From contig JAAESQ010000884.1 of the NCBI GenBank assembly GCA_024229275.1, positions 6,120 to 70,119 of the forward strand: a stretch of 64,000 nt of DNA, read 5' to 3'. The position numbers were made by a program, and so were the translations under genes. Below are positions 48,580-57,493 of the stretch, piece after piece (position 1 is the first letter of the stretch; each line of letters opens with the position of its first letter). A model generated the notes under the pieces. The model made no database searches, was not told the origin of the DNA, and saw nothing but the letters and a program-made list of their open reading frames with translations. Origin of the DNA: a bacterium (GTDB lineage Bacteria; Acidobacteriota; Thermoanaerobaculia; Thermoanaerobaculales; Sulfomarinibacteraceae).

Positions 48580-48828
48580 ATGATGGCGAACACGAAACAG
48601 GAAACAGACAAGGCAGTTTGGCTACTCGAACAAAGGTGCTATCGGCGGGCAGACTACTCGGAAGCGAGCGTTGCTTTCTATCTGGCAAACGACAGCATAA
48701 TGGCGGTTCTCAGGTTGCCCGCGGGCGAGGATATCGCCCCGTCAGTGGTTCGCGGTAACGGAGCCGTGGCTGCCTACAAGAACTGGTGTTCCGACCAAGA
48801 GCGTATCGGTCGCCGGATCAATGCCTAA
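48580..48828 (+). CDS. hypothetical small protein (82 aa), first gene of rightward operon
   Basis: ORF track. Normal (balanced G/C) composition resumes here. Confidence 0.45.
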   Translation: MMANTKQETDKAVWLLEQRCYRRADYSEASVAFYLANDSIMAVLRLPAGEDIAPSVVRGNGAVAAYKNWCSDQERIGRRINA

Positions 48829-48894
48829 CCGGACCATGGCGCACAGTACGCTGTGTTCCATGGCCTGCTGAGGCAGGGAAAGGACTTGCTGACG

Positions 48895-49353
48895 ATGAGC
48901 ACACGCTGTACGACTCACTTCAAGCACGGCAAAACACTTGCCGCTATTATCTACCGCCACACGGACGGCTACCCAAATGGGGCAGGTGCTGACCTATTAG
49001 GGTTTTTCGACGAGTGCGCAAAGCTGAAAGACAGTCGGCTGGGCGACCCGACCTACTTGGCTGCGAAGTACGTTGTCTTTCTCGCGGATCAATTCAACTG
49101 GGACTGGCAATACGAAGGCGACAAGGCAAAGAAGGTCCGGCCCGAATCCCGGCTGGACTTCCTCTCTGTCGGTGTGATGATGGCAGATCCCGGCGACGAA
49201 GAGTATCGCTATGAGGTTGACTGCGACAACTTGGTGGACGGCAAGCCAGTGACTACTTGCTTCCGGCGCGAGGGAACCTGGGATGCCCCCGAGTGGAAGA
49301 ACCTCGGGCCGCTGCCTGTCACCGAAGACGACGAAGACGATGAAGACCTCTGA
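48895..49353 (+). CDS. hypothetical protein with acidic tail (152 aa)
   Basis: Start at ATG 48895 (MSTRCTTHF). IYRHTDGYPNGAGADLL motif. C-terminus EDDEDDEDL. Confidence 0.5.
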   Translation: MSTRCTTHFKHGKTLAAIIYRHTDGYPNGAGADLLGFFDECAKLKDSRLGDPTYLAAKYVVFLADQFNWDWQYEGDKAKKVRPESRLDFLSVGVMMADPGDEEYRYEVDCDNLVDGKPVTTCFRREGTWDAPEWKNLGPLPVTEDDEDDEDL

Positions 49354-49586
49354 GCCATCACCGAGGCGTCATTCGATGAGTGGCGCCGCATGGAGGTTCA
49401 GGTCTGGTGACACAATGGCCACGGCTAACAAGCGGCGAAAACAACACTACGGTGCCGATGCAAAAAGCGGGAGTAGTTGCGCGTTAGTTCAAAACGGGGC
49501 TGCAGACCCGGCTCTGACCATGAAACTACATGGGCAAGGGTGCAACACCAAGCGGGCCTAAACTTCCTTGAATGGAGGCTTGGACG

Positions 49587-49850
49587 ATGAAAGCTACGTA
49601 CAGAATTGACTATGACCCGCCCGAGGGCGGAATGGCCGCAGATGATCCACTGAACGGCACCACGTATGACTCGCTGGAAGCGGCCAGAGCCGCCATACAG
49701 GGTCTGCTCGGCGCTGATATCGCACCGTGGAGTGGACCAGACCCAAGTGAGCCCGGATGGCGCACACTGGAGGCGTACTGCGAGGACCAAGCATCCAGGG
49801 ATGACGGTGGCACACCGGGAGATTACTACATCTGGGAGAGCCTGACCTAG
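49587..49850 (+). CDS. hypothetical acidic protein (87 aa)
   Basis: GGAGG lies 8 nt before ATG 49587. Confidence 0.5.
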   Translation: MKATYRIDYDPPEGGMAADDPLNGTTYDSLEAARAAIQGLLGADIAPWSGPDPSEPGWRTLEAYCEDQASRDDGGTPGDYYIWESLT

Positions 49851-49932
49851 ACCGCGGACCCCGGCGGCATTCTGCGGAGTGTCGCCCGGCCTGCGGTTTG
49901 GCAGGAACTTGAAAAATGAAAGGACGTCTAGC

Positions 49933-50184
49933 ATGACTAAGAAGCACTTCATAGCGCTGGCGGATGCACTCAAGGTAGTCCGCCCTGAAATGGATGAGGA
50001 AAAAGCGATAGCCGAAGGGTCAACCGAATTGTTTCGGCCGTTCCGCGAGGGACGACGCGATCAGTGGAGGCTGACGCTTCACGAACTTGCCGATTTCTGC
50101 GCATCACAAAACAGCCGTTTCGACCGGGAAAGGTGGCTTGCCTACATCAACGGCGAGTGTGGGCCGAATGGGGGGAAGGTCTGA
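49933..50184 (+). CDS. hypothetical protein (83 aa)
   Basis: AAAGGA lies 9 nt before ATG 49933. Confidence 0.5.
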   Translation: MTKKHFIALADALKVVRPEMDEEKAIAEGSTELFRPFREGRRDQWRLTLHELADFCASQNSRFDRERWLAYINGECGPNGGKV

Positions 50185-50879
50185 TGAGAGATCCAGTGTT
50201 GGCGGCGAAAACCATCAAGCCCGCATGGTCGAAAGTGTCACTGACAATCAAGGCTTGCGGCGGGCTGCACTATCTGAGGGGCAACTCTGCGCCGTATTTC
50301 ACCCTGACTGCAGACCAGCACCGCAAAGGGTTTCCGCACCAGTGCCAAAGTGGTGGAGCGGATCACGAGGCGATTCTCAAGCATTGGCCACAGTTTGCCG
50401 ACCTTGCCGCACTCCATCTGAGCGACATCAACGGCACGCCGATGCACGCCGAGGCAAACGGCTGGTACGCACTAGCAGGGGCGTTGCCAGATAACGCAGG
50501 TGAGAAGTTCCACTGCGGTAACTCCGAGCAACACATGCCGAAGCCGCCGGAGAAACGGCAGCACGAATGGGATGCGACCGAGTACCGCAAGCCAACGCCT
50601 GATGAGTGTCTCGCACAGTTCGCCCGACACGCGCGGATAAGCGTTGAGACAGCACAGACTGTCTGTGAGGAAGTCGTCTGCGTGTTCAACGAGTGGTGGA
50701 CACACGAGCTAAGTCGTCCTGAAACCGAACGACGAACACAACAGGCGTGTTGGCAGCGTGCTCGACAACGCTTTGGCGAATGGATTGCCGATCAGCAACC
50801 ACGCTGGAAACGCGAGGCAGATGAGTGCATCCAAAAGTACGCGCTGAAGGTCTACGGCGACAAGTGGAAAGCCGTCTGA
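50184..50879 (+). CDS. hypothetical protein (231 aa)
   Basis: ATG 50184 overlaps the upstream TGA (TGATG). No family recognised. Confidence 0.5.
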   Translation: MRDPVLAAKTIKPAWSKVSLTIKACGGLHYLRGNSAPYFTLTADQHRKGFPHQCQSGGADHEAILKHWPQFADLAALHLSDINGTPMHAEANGWYALAGALPDNAGEKFHCGNSEQHMPKPPEKRQHEWDATEYRKPTPDECLAQFARHARISVETAQTVCEEVVCVFNEWWTHELSRPETERRTQQACWQRARQRFGEWIADQQPRWKREADECIQKYALKVYGDKWKAV

Positions 50880-50937
50880 GCGATCTCCCCGTCTCGCGCG
50901 GCGGGCCGGGGTGGAGGTTCAGTACAAAGGAGACTTT

Positions 50938-51285
50938 ATGACATTTACGGACTTGCTGAAGGAACTGAAGAACCAACGTCAGCGGCTGGATGATGATATC
51001 CGCACAATAGGGGACATCATCAGACGCTACGAAACCAAACCGACGAATCCGAAGGAAGTGAACCCGCCGACCAAACAGAAAAGCGCAGCGCAAAACAGCC
51101 GGCTGCACAGCTTAGTTCAAAAGCATACGAAAGTCGGGAAACCTTTTCGGTTGATGAGCTTGCCGACGCCAAGAGGAGCAGGGAAACACTACCGGAAAAC
51201 CACTATCTTCACCGAGGCTACCGTCTTGGTGAATCAAGGCATTCTGGATCGCTTGGGAGGTGGCGAGTACAAACGGCTGAAGTGA
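50938..51285 (+). CDS. hypothetical protein (115 aa)
   Basis: AAGGAGA lies 4-5 nt before ATG 50938. N-terminal coiled coil. The C-terminal basic region may bind DNA. Confidence 0.5.
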   Translation: MTFTDLLKELKNQRQRLDDDIRTIGDIIRRYETKPTNPKEVNPPTKQKSAAQNSRLHSLVQKHTKVGKPFRLMSLPTPRGAGKHYRKTTIFTEATVLVNQGILDRLGGGEYKRLK

Positions 51286-51353
51286 CGCCTGAAGCCGGAC
51301 CCGCCCGCTCTGTTGAGTTGGCGGGCCTGCCGTCAGGCGGGAGAAAGGAAAGT

Positions 51354-51617
51354 ATGTCACTTAGTACAGAAGAACTGATCGCGAAGGGCGAGCAAATCGA
51401 AGACCTCAGATACCCGCTGGGCCGTGCTGTCCGTCGCCTGCGGAGCGCCGTCGAACATGCTACGGCCGCGCTGGAGTCTCTCCCGGATAAGCACCTGCCG
51501 GATCTCGCCATGGCGCTGAGCGATGCCCAGCAGGCTATCACCCACATCAAGCAGGTGATACCCGCTGAAATGCTGGCGGAGTTCCACGAGGCAGAGAAAG
51601 CGGTGAAGAAGTCCTGA
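51354..51617 (+). CDS. hypothetical helical protein (87 aa)
   Basis: AAGGAA precedes ATG 51354. Confidence 0.5.
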   Translation: MSLSTEELIAKGEQIEDLRYPLGRAVRRLRSAVEHATAALESLPDKHLPDLAMALSDAQQAITHIKQVIPAEMLAEFHEAEKAVKKS

Positions 51618-51662
51618 TCCCTGCGGAGCGCGCATTGCCGCAGTGTGCGCTCTGGAGAGATT

Positions 51663-51902
51663 ATGACAGCATTGAACAACGGACGAACCATCACCCGCGA
51701 GACCGGCGTCAAGGTCCGAGGGCGGACGCTGGTGGTGGAGGCCGGCGAGAGAACGGTCAGCCTCCGCCGGAAAGGGACACGTGCCGAGGTTGCCACCGTC
51801 CCGTGGGACGTGATCTACGACCTCGGGCTCAAGCGCCAAGCTGCAGCCCACGGGATTAGCGTGCCGGCGCGTGCTGGCGGAAGGAAGAAGTACCGGGTAT
51901 GA
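51663..51902 (+). CDS. hypothetical basic protein (79 aa)
   Basis: GGAGAG precedes ATG 51663. Confidence 0.45.
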   Translation: MTALNNGRTITRETGVKVRGRTLVVEAGERTVSLRRKGTRAEVATVPWDVIYDLGLKRQAAAHGISVPARAGGRKKYRV

Positions 51903-52120
51903 CGAAACAGCGTTTAGGCTTTGCGTCATCCCTGCTGTTTTGCATAGGCGCGGCGTTGCTGATGGCTCTTTTCCTGATGGCTGGCAAACCAACCTGGAAG
52001 GAGATATACCAACAGAACGAAATCCACTCCCTCAAGACCCAGCGCGAGCAGTGCCGAAGAGATCATCTGAGGAAACTGCGGGAATGTAATCAGGAACTCC
52101 GAGATCTGAGGAGAAAATGA
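51899..52120 (+). CDS. single-pass membrane protein with coiled coil (73 aa)
   Basis: TM LGFASSLLFCIGAALLMALFLMA. ATGA overlaps on both sides. Confidence 0.5.
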   Translation: MTKQRLGFASSLLFCIGAALLMALFLMAGKPTWKEIYQQNEIHSLKTQREQCRRDHLRKLRECNQELRDLRRK

Positions 52121-53034
52121 CCGCCCTAACCCCAGTACGCCCGAACCTCGAAGAACTGGTGGCTGTGGCTACTGCGGCGGTGGACTCGGAGCATAGCCGG
52201 CGCGCGTACTCCCGAGCGCTCCGGGACTTCCTGTCGTGGTGCCAAGCGCGAGAACTGCCGTTTGAGCGGGCGACGGTGCAGCGGTACCGCATGGAGCTCG
52301 CCCAGCAGAAGGCCCCGGCGAGCGTGAATCAGGCGCTCAGCGCAATCAAGTCCCTTGCCCGTGAAGCGATGGACCGTTTTGTGCTACCAGACGCCACAGG
52401 TGCCGCTATCGTCCAGGTACGGAGCGTTCCTCAGCGCGGCCGACGCGCGGGTAACTGGCTCACCTTGGACCAAGCCAAGCGGCTGATTGACGCGCCGCCG
52501 GCCAACAGTTTGTCAGGACTCCGGGACCGGGCACTGCTCGGGGTGTTGCTCGGATCCGGAGTCCGCCGGCAGGAGTGCGCCAGCATCCAGGTGGAGCAGG
52601 TAGTCCGGCGCTCCGGCCGGTGGGTGGTGCTCGACCTCGCGCGGAAGCGCGATCGGGTGGCCACCGTGCCGCTGCCTGCCTGGGTGCGGCCCCGGCTCAA
52701 AGCATGGTGGGCGGCTGCCGACATCACCGCCGGGCCGGCGTTCCGCGCGGTCGGGCAAGGTGACCGGCTGCTGGGGCCGCTCAGCGATTCCGGGGTCTGG
52801 TGGGTGGTCCAGGCGTGGGGCCAGCGGCTGGGGTTGGAGGTCAGACCTCACGACCTCCGCAGAACTGGCGCCGCCCTGGCGCTCGATGGCGGGGCGAGTC
52901 TCCGCCAGATTCAGGTGATGCTCGGCCATGCCTCCATCCAGACCACCGAGCGGTACCTCCGGACCATCACAGAACTGCACGATCCGGCGTGCGATAAGAT
53001 CGAGCTAGGGGGAAAGGAGAAAGAGGGAGAATGA
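52117..53034 (+). CDS. int: tyrosine recombinase / phage integrase (XerC/D-like, 305 aa)
   Basis: N-terminal SAM-like core-binding region (RAYSRALRDFLSWC). Catalytic-domain motifs are RDRALLGVLLGSGVRRQE, HDLRRTGA and LGHASIQTTERYL. Confidence 0.85.
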   Translation: MTALTPVRPNLEELVAVATAAVDSEHSRRAYSRALRDFLSWCQARELPFERATVQRYRMELAQQKAPASVNQALSAIKSLAREAMDRFVLPDATGAAIVQVRSVPQRGRRAGNWLTLDQAKRLIDAPPANSLSGLRDRALLGVLLGSGVRRQECASIQVEQVVRRSGRWVVLDLARKRDRVATVPLPAWVRPRLKAWWAAADITAGPAFRAVGQGDRLLGPLSDSGVWWVVQAWGQRLGLEVRPHDLRRTGAALALDGGASLRQIQVMLGHASIQTTERYLRTITELHDPACDKIELGGKEKEGE

Positions 53035-53252
53035 CCCTGCGGATCGAATACCATTGTGCTCAGTGCGAGAAGGTAGTCGTGGCCGATATTGCGAGTATTG
53101 ACTATGGGCAGTACGACGAGCACGACGACTGGACCGAATTGCAGTTGTGGTGCAAGGGCCGGCACCGCACAGTGATGAGCATTCTGCAGTGTGTCAAGCG
53201 CCCGGAAGATCTACGCGATGATCCTTGGGCGGACTCAGTCATGAGGGGCTAG
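53031..53252 (+). CDS. small Cys-containing protein (73 aa)
   Basis: ATGA overlap with int. CAQC ... C..(9)..C. Confidence 0.45.
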   Translation: MTLRIEYHCAQCEKVVVADIASIDYGQYDEHDDWTELQLWCKGRHRTVMSILQCVKRPEDLRDDPWADSVMRG

Positions 53253-53261
53253 AAGGAGGAC

Positions 53262-53291
53262 ACTACCCCGAAAAAAGAGGGTAGTTTTTTC
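53262..53291 (+). terminator. rho-independent terminator of the integrase operon
   Basis: ACTACCC (53262-53268), loop cgaaaaaaga, GGGTAGT (53279-53285), then TTTTT(T). Confidence 0.7.
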
Positions 53292-53406
53292 GGACAACCA
53301 ACACAGAAAGGGGGTGATGCCTTCTGACTACATTATTGAGCCGCTGGTCCCGGGCGATGTGCTGCGCGAGCTTAATCGCGAGCTGCGCATCAGCCCAGGC
53401 GGCGGC

Positions 53407-54330
53407 TCATAGCGCGCGGGCTGAGGGCGGGGTAGGCCCTGCGCGAGTTAGTAACCCGCACCTTTCTCCAATCCCAAACAGGTCCAACCCTTGGAACTTT
53501 TCTCTGCCGTGCTGCTCCAGGAGCCGCTTCACGTCCTGCTCGTACCACGATCCCCCGTTGTCGCTGAAGTCCAGGTGGTGCATTAGCTCCTGGTCCCACC
53601 AGGAGGGCTCGACGTTGCGGAAGAGCTGGGGCTGCGCACGTGTGCCCGGTTGCCGCCACCAGGAGTACATGCGCCTGATTCGCGCTGCACCGAGGTGCGG
53701 CCAGCGAAGCAGCTCAATCATCTGGTTGCGTGCATGCTTGGCGCGAGACGCGCGATCACGGGCGAACTGGAGGTGAAGCACCCCGCCGCTGGGCACGCTA
53801 GGCGACCATCCACACTGATCGAGCGCGTGCGGTAGCCGGCGATGGTGCTGATAGCCGTCCGCCCGGGGCTCCCAGCAGTAATGCGGCCGGTCCTCGAACA
53901 CAATGGAGAACGCACAGCCCAGCGGGCCGTCGTAGCGATACTGCTCAAGCCCGCACCAGGGATGAATGCCTGGGAGTGCCAGACAATGGCCGGCCGGCGT
54001 CTGCTCCACCAGCCCGCGGACCTCCGGGACCAGGTTAGCGGTCAGCGCTTCATCCGAGTCGACCACGGCGATGTGGGTGGCGCCGCCCCGCCGGGCCGCC
54101 TCAAGCAGCCCTTGCCGGTGCTCCATCTCGTTCCAGGTCGGTTCCGGATCGACAAACGTGTTGACCCTGTCGGGGTGTTCCTTCGCTACCGTGTTGGCTA
54201 TCTCCTGCGTGCTGGGGCCCGAAGCGTGGACGAGAATGTACAGCTTGTCCACCCAGCGGAGTGCCATCCGGGCGGTATAGCCGAAACACCAGTCCTCGTT
54301 GCGGACGGGCATCAGGCCAGCGATTGTCAC
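53407..54330 (-). CDS. family-2-like glycosyltransferase (307 aa)
   Basis: The N-terminus GLMPVRNEDW.. is typical of GT2. DxD region HIAVVDSDEAL. GTGA overlap with the upstream ORF. Confidence 0.65.
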   Translation of the reverse strand: MTIAGLMPVRNEDWCFGYTARMALRWVDKLYILVHASGPSTQEIANTVAKEHPDRVNTFVDPEPTWNEMEHRQGLLEAARRGGATHIAVVDSDEALTANLVPEVRGLVEQTPAGHCLALPGIHPWCGLEQYRYDGPLGCAFSIVFEDRPHYCWEPRADGYQHHRRLPHALDQCGWSPSVPSGGVLHLQFARDRASRAKHARNQMIELLRWPHLGAARIRRMYSWWRQPGTRAQPQLFRNVEPSWWDQELMHHLDFSDNGGSWYEQDVKRLLEQHGREKFQGLDLFGIGERCGLLTRAGPTPPSARAL

Positions 54331-54665
54331 GGGGTCGTCCCTCCATCATCGACCGCCTCGTAGAATCGGCACTCGCCTATTCTGTTAACTTTCAGGCAAT
54401 GCTCATAACGGTTTTTAGTTATGAAGCCGGCTTTCGTGACGAATGCTTGCTTTCCTGTCACAAAGTCATCTATGCGTTCGTGCTCAACAGCTTTACACCG
54501 ATGCTCAACCCAGGGATGCTCAGCATCAGGCGTTGGATGATGGGTTCCCAAGAGGACTAGCCGAAACCCCGGCGGATCTGGCTTCACCGTGGCCGCGAAG
54601 ACTGGATCGCGTTTCATCAGGTGGTGCTTACAGTGAATACAGATAGTCTTTCCGGTCTCAGACAT
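54327..54665 (-). CDS. Cys/His-rich small protein (112 aa)
   Basis: MSETGKTICIHCKHH.. plus further Cys/His residues. ATG 54665 overlaps the end of the upstream GT by 8 nt. The ORF-track version extends to 54854 over the GT gene. Confidence 0.45.
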   Translation of the reverse strand: MSETGKTICIHCKHHLMKRDPVFAATVKPDPPGFRLVLLGTHHPTPDAEHPWVEHRCKAVEHERIDDFVTGKQAFVTKAGFITKNRYEHCLKVNRIGECRFYEAVDDGGTTP

Positions 54666-55449
54666 TCCGCCACTTACTCCCGTCAAGGCTCTGCGCCACC
54701 CGTGTCGACTTCTGGCTGAATAGCTGCGGGTATAGATCCCAGTCCTGCGGACAGTCCGCGCCGAACTCGCACGCCTCCCGGTGCAGACGCCAGCCGTTCT
54801 TGTGGACCAGGTTCGTGAAGATAGCCTGCTCTGTGCGGTGCTCGCGGAAGCCACGGTGCTCCGGCGCCAGCACGCTCGGGTCGAAGGTCTGGCAGTGCCG
54901 GTTCACACAGTAGGCCAGCCATTCCTGCAGGAACTGGTTGATGCGCCATCTCCCTTTCTCTAAGAGTATGAACCGCGCGACTGCGCAGCCGGCATCTCGG
55001 TAACGCTTGGTGTCTTGCCCCATAGCGATCAGGCAGTCGCGTTTGTTCCAGTCGCCGTTGCGGAGCGCCCGGTCCTTCCCGGTCGCCATGAATACCATGG
55101 AGCCGAGATGGTCCTCGCAGATGTCGTACAGCACCCCGAGGTCGGCAATCGGGTAGGTGTCGGCATCTACGTAGAGCACAATGTCACCGTCGCTCATGTA
55201 GTCCCGCATGGCGCACTGGATGAGGAAAGGTTTCCAACTGAACCATCCAAAGCCCCGGCCGCGGCCTTCGTTGCCCGGCCCACGGTGCAACCAGAGCCAC
55301 TGATTCTGATGATAGAAATCCGTCCGCTTCAGCCAAACATCATCGTAGACCCGTACCTCGTCCACGCCGAAGTCAGGGGCACGCTTGATGATCTTCTCAG
55401 TCGTCTTGTCGTAGGCCGCGCCGCTGAACGTGATGAGGAGCCGCTTCAC
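54658..55449 (-). CDS. putative nucleotide-diphospho-sugar glycosyltransferase (263 aa)
   Basis: FSWKPFLI..GDIVLYVDADT (DxD) after a Rossmann-like N-terminus. ATGA overlap with the transaldolase gene. Confidence 0.5.
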   Translation of the reverse strand: MKRLLITFSGAAYDKTTEKIIKRAPDFGVDEVRVYDDVWLKRTDFYHQNQWLWLHRGPGNEGRGRGFGWFSWKPFLIQCAMRDYMSDGDIVLYVDADTYPIADLGVLYDICEDHLGSMVFMATGKDRALRNGDWNKRDCLIAMGQDTKRYRDAGCAVARFILLEKGRWRINQFLQEWLAYCVNRHCQTFDPSVLAPEHRGFREHRTEQAIFTNLVHKNGWRLHREACEFGADCPQDWDLYPQLFSQKSTRVAQSLDGSKWRNV

Positions 55450-56165
55450 AGCGTGTACCCCGCCTTCTGCGCGTCGTCGTGGAACTGGCGCACGGTTTCC
55501 AGTGAACGCTGTTCCAAGGATGCCCCGATACTGTCCAACTTGGCCAGTATCTCCGGGGAGACGGTGATGATGTCGCAGCCCGCCCGATCAGCATGGATTA
55601 TGTCGTAGACCTGCCGCGTGCTCGCCCAAAGCAACTGGGCTTCACCCCAGCCAGAATACAAGGTCACTGTCCAGTCCGCCCGCTTCATGTGTTCTACGGG
55701 ATCGCCCCCGAGGTCAGCAATTCTCCCTGCGAAGACCGAAAGAATCATCGATGTCTTGTCGCTGTAGGCACCGAGCGCAAGCTGCAACTGATAGGCCGTG
55801 AAAATACTGGTGATGTTAAGCTTAATGCCGTCGGCGGCAAGCTCGGCGATAATACTCTCTGTCGTCGCCCCCTGTGTGTTGACGATCGGGATCTTGACGT
55901 AGACGTTGTCATCCCACGCAGAAATCACTCGGGCCTGCTTCGCCATCTCATCCACATCATCGGTGACAACCGGGAACGAGATCGGCTTACCACCAGCCGC
56001 TGGCAACGCCTGCTCAACGAACTCCTGGTAGTTTGTCCAGCCAGCCTTGGCCATCAGTGTAGCATTGGTCGTGTAGCCATTCACCAGCGGATGATCGTAG
56101 TACTTCAGCTCCGCGCTATCGAGATATATCTCGATATTCGTTTCCTCGATCTGTAGGGGATTCAT
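55446..56165 (-). CDS. tal: transaldolase / fructose-6-phosphate aldolase family protein (TalC/FSA-like, 239 aa)
   Basis: It is collinear with E. coli FSA from memory. Shared motifs are IYLDSA, NGYTTNATL (GVTTNPS), the YVKIP catalytic-Lys motif, NITSIF, SVFAGRI and AGCDIITVSPE. Confidence 0.75.
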   Translation of the reverse strand: MNPLQIEETNIEIYLDSAELKYYDHPLVNGYTTNATLMAKAGWTNYQEFVEQALPAAGGKPISFPVVTDDVDEMAKQARVISAWDDNVYVKIPIVNTQGATTESIIAELAADGIKLNITSIFTAYQLQLALGAYSDKTSMILSVFAGRIADLGGDPVEHMKRADWTVTLYSGWGEAQLLWASTRQVYDIIHADRAGCDIITVSPEILAKLDSIGASLEQRSLETVRQFHDDAQKAGYTL

Positions 56166-56797
56166 TTCTTCACCAGCACTACGTTCTCCGGGCTGAGGTA
56201 GACTTCCCGGTAGCCCGCCAGTGTAGCTGCCTTTCTTATGGCGTCCAATTCCTGGTCGTACTCAACACAGATCACCTCCGGAAGAGTCAGTGTCGCACTC
56301 ATACTGAGGGTGTAAATAGCGAGGAGATCCAGCAGCAACGCCCCCGAGGTCCCCTCAGTGTCAATGCTGACGAAACTGAAAGGGCCATAGCGGGCGTAAA
56401 TTTCCTCCCAAGTGACAACGCCAACATCAAACTTGCCGCGAAATTCAACCGTTCGCTTCCACTTCTCGTAGTTGAGTAAAGTTGATGTGGTGTAGGCGTC
56501 ATCGTTGGCGAACATCTCAAGAAGGCGACTTTTCCTTTGCTCGGTCTCGGGCCAGGTAACGAGAGCCGCAAGCACGAGATTGATCTTCTCGTGTCTCCCG
56601 TACTCCTCCAGCAATGCGGCGAACGGGACCGGCGCCGGCTCAATCATCACACCGCCCCAGCCGTATTCTACCAGCGCCCTCGTGTTGGAATACTTGAACG
56701 GGTCGAACGCGCCCACGTCGAGAAAACGGCGCCGTGTGCTCGGGTCATTGAGTGCCTGCAGGATCGCAGCCTCTTCGTCGTTCTGTGAATATCTCAT
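56162..56797 (-). CDS. FkbM-family SAM-dependent methyltransferase (211 aa)
   Basis: MRYSQNDEEAAIL..RRFLDVGAFDP..SNT..GWGGVMIEPAP pattern. ATG 56797 overlaps the upstream stop (ATGA). The ORF-track version starts at 57013. Confidence 0.6.
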   Translation of the reverse strand: MRYSQNDEEAAILQALNDPSTRRRFLDVGAFDPFKYSNTRALVEYGWGGVMIEPAPVPFAALLEEYGRHEKINLVLAALVTWPETEQRKSRLLEMFANDDAYTTSTLLNYEKWKRTVEFRGKFDVGVVTWEEIYARYGPFSFVSIDTEGTSGALLLDLLAIYTLSMSATLTLPEVICVEYDQELDAIRKAATLAGYREVYLSPENVVLVKK

Positions 56798-57483
56798 AGC
56801 GGTATCCGCAAGCGTCGGCAATCCAAAAAGCCTTCGGCGCGATGTTTCTCGAAGAGCGCTTTTCCTTCCTCCCAGCGGGCCGGAGTGTTTTTCTCTACCA
56901 AGTGATCCGGTAGCGGGGAGCCATCTCCCTTGCGGAGCCAGTGATCGTGATACTGGTTCAGATCCGGCCTTTGCCAGAACACTCCCTGCTGGATAGCTGC
57001 GCATTGGAGGCATTCATCCACGAAGTTGTGGTAGTAGTCTGGATGCAGCGGCCCTCTTCCCTGGTGAGCTTCTAGACACCATGCCCGCCCCATCCAGGGG
57101 CTGTAAGCTACACGCTCACTGCACGACTTTCCTTCTGCGTCTAACATCCACTTATCGCCTATCGGCTGCATCACGCCGTAAAGGTCAGGAAAGTGCTCGG
57201 AACACTCAGCCGCGATGCTTTCTGGCGACTGACTCGGATCCGGGCTGATATCGTCTCCGCCAGTGACTATCCACTCGGTGTCTGGGTAGGTAGCCAGAAT
57301 TCCATCCACCAATATATTCACCGCTTTCGCGTAGCCGGGGTACGGCTGGCAGACCAGAAAGTCGCAATGGATGGCTTCGAATACATCACGCAGAACGGCC
57401 GTTCGATACCCGGCCTTCTGCCATTCACGCACAGTGCCACCGAAGGCGCGCGCCGAGGGGATAGCGTACCAGACGTCGCTCAC
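56794..57483 (-). CDS. hypothetical protein, possibly glycosyltransferase-like (229 aa from GTG)
   Basis: GTG 57483 follows GAGAGG. The sequence WYAIPSAR..GYAKAVN..VTGGDDISPDP..HNFVDECL suggests a Rossmann-type enzyme. It is the first gene of the coupled glycan cassette. The functional call is speculative. Confidence 0.4.
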   Translation of the reverse strand: MSDVWYAIPSARAFGGTVREWQKAGYRTAVLRDVFEAIHCDFLVCQPYPGYAKAVNILVDGILATYPDTEWIVTGGDDISPDPSQSPESIAAECSEHFPDLYGVMQPIGDKWMLDAEGKSCSERVAYSPWMGRAWCLEAHQGRGPLHPDYYHNFVDECLQCAAIQQGVFWQRPDLNQYHDHWLRKGDGSPLPDHLVEKNTPARWEEGKALFEKHRAEGFLDCRRLRIPL

Positions 57484-57493
57484 CGCGCACCTC

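Noticed and set aside
54327-54854. 175-aa ORF overlapping the 263-aa glycosyltransferase
   Set aside because: Its N-terminal 63 codons are an Arg/Ser/Thr-rich alternative frame of the GT gene. The internal ATG at 54665 gives a compact Cys/His-rich protein with the usual short overlap.
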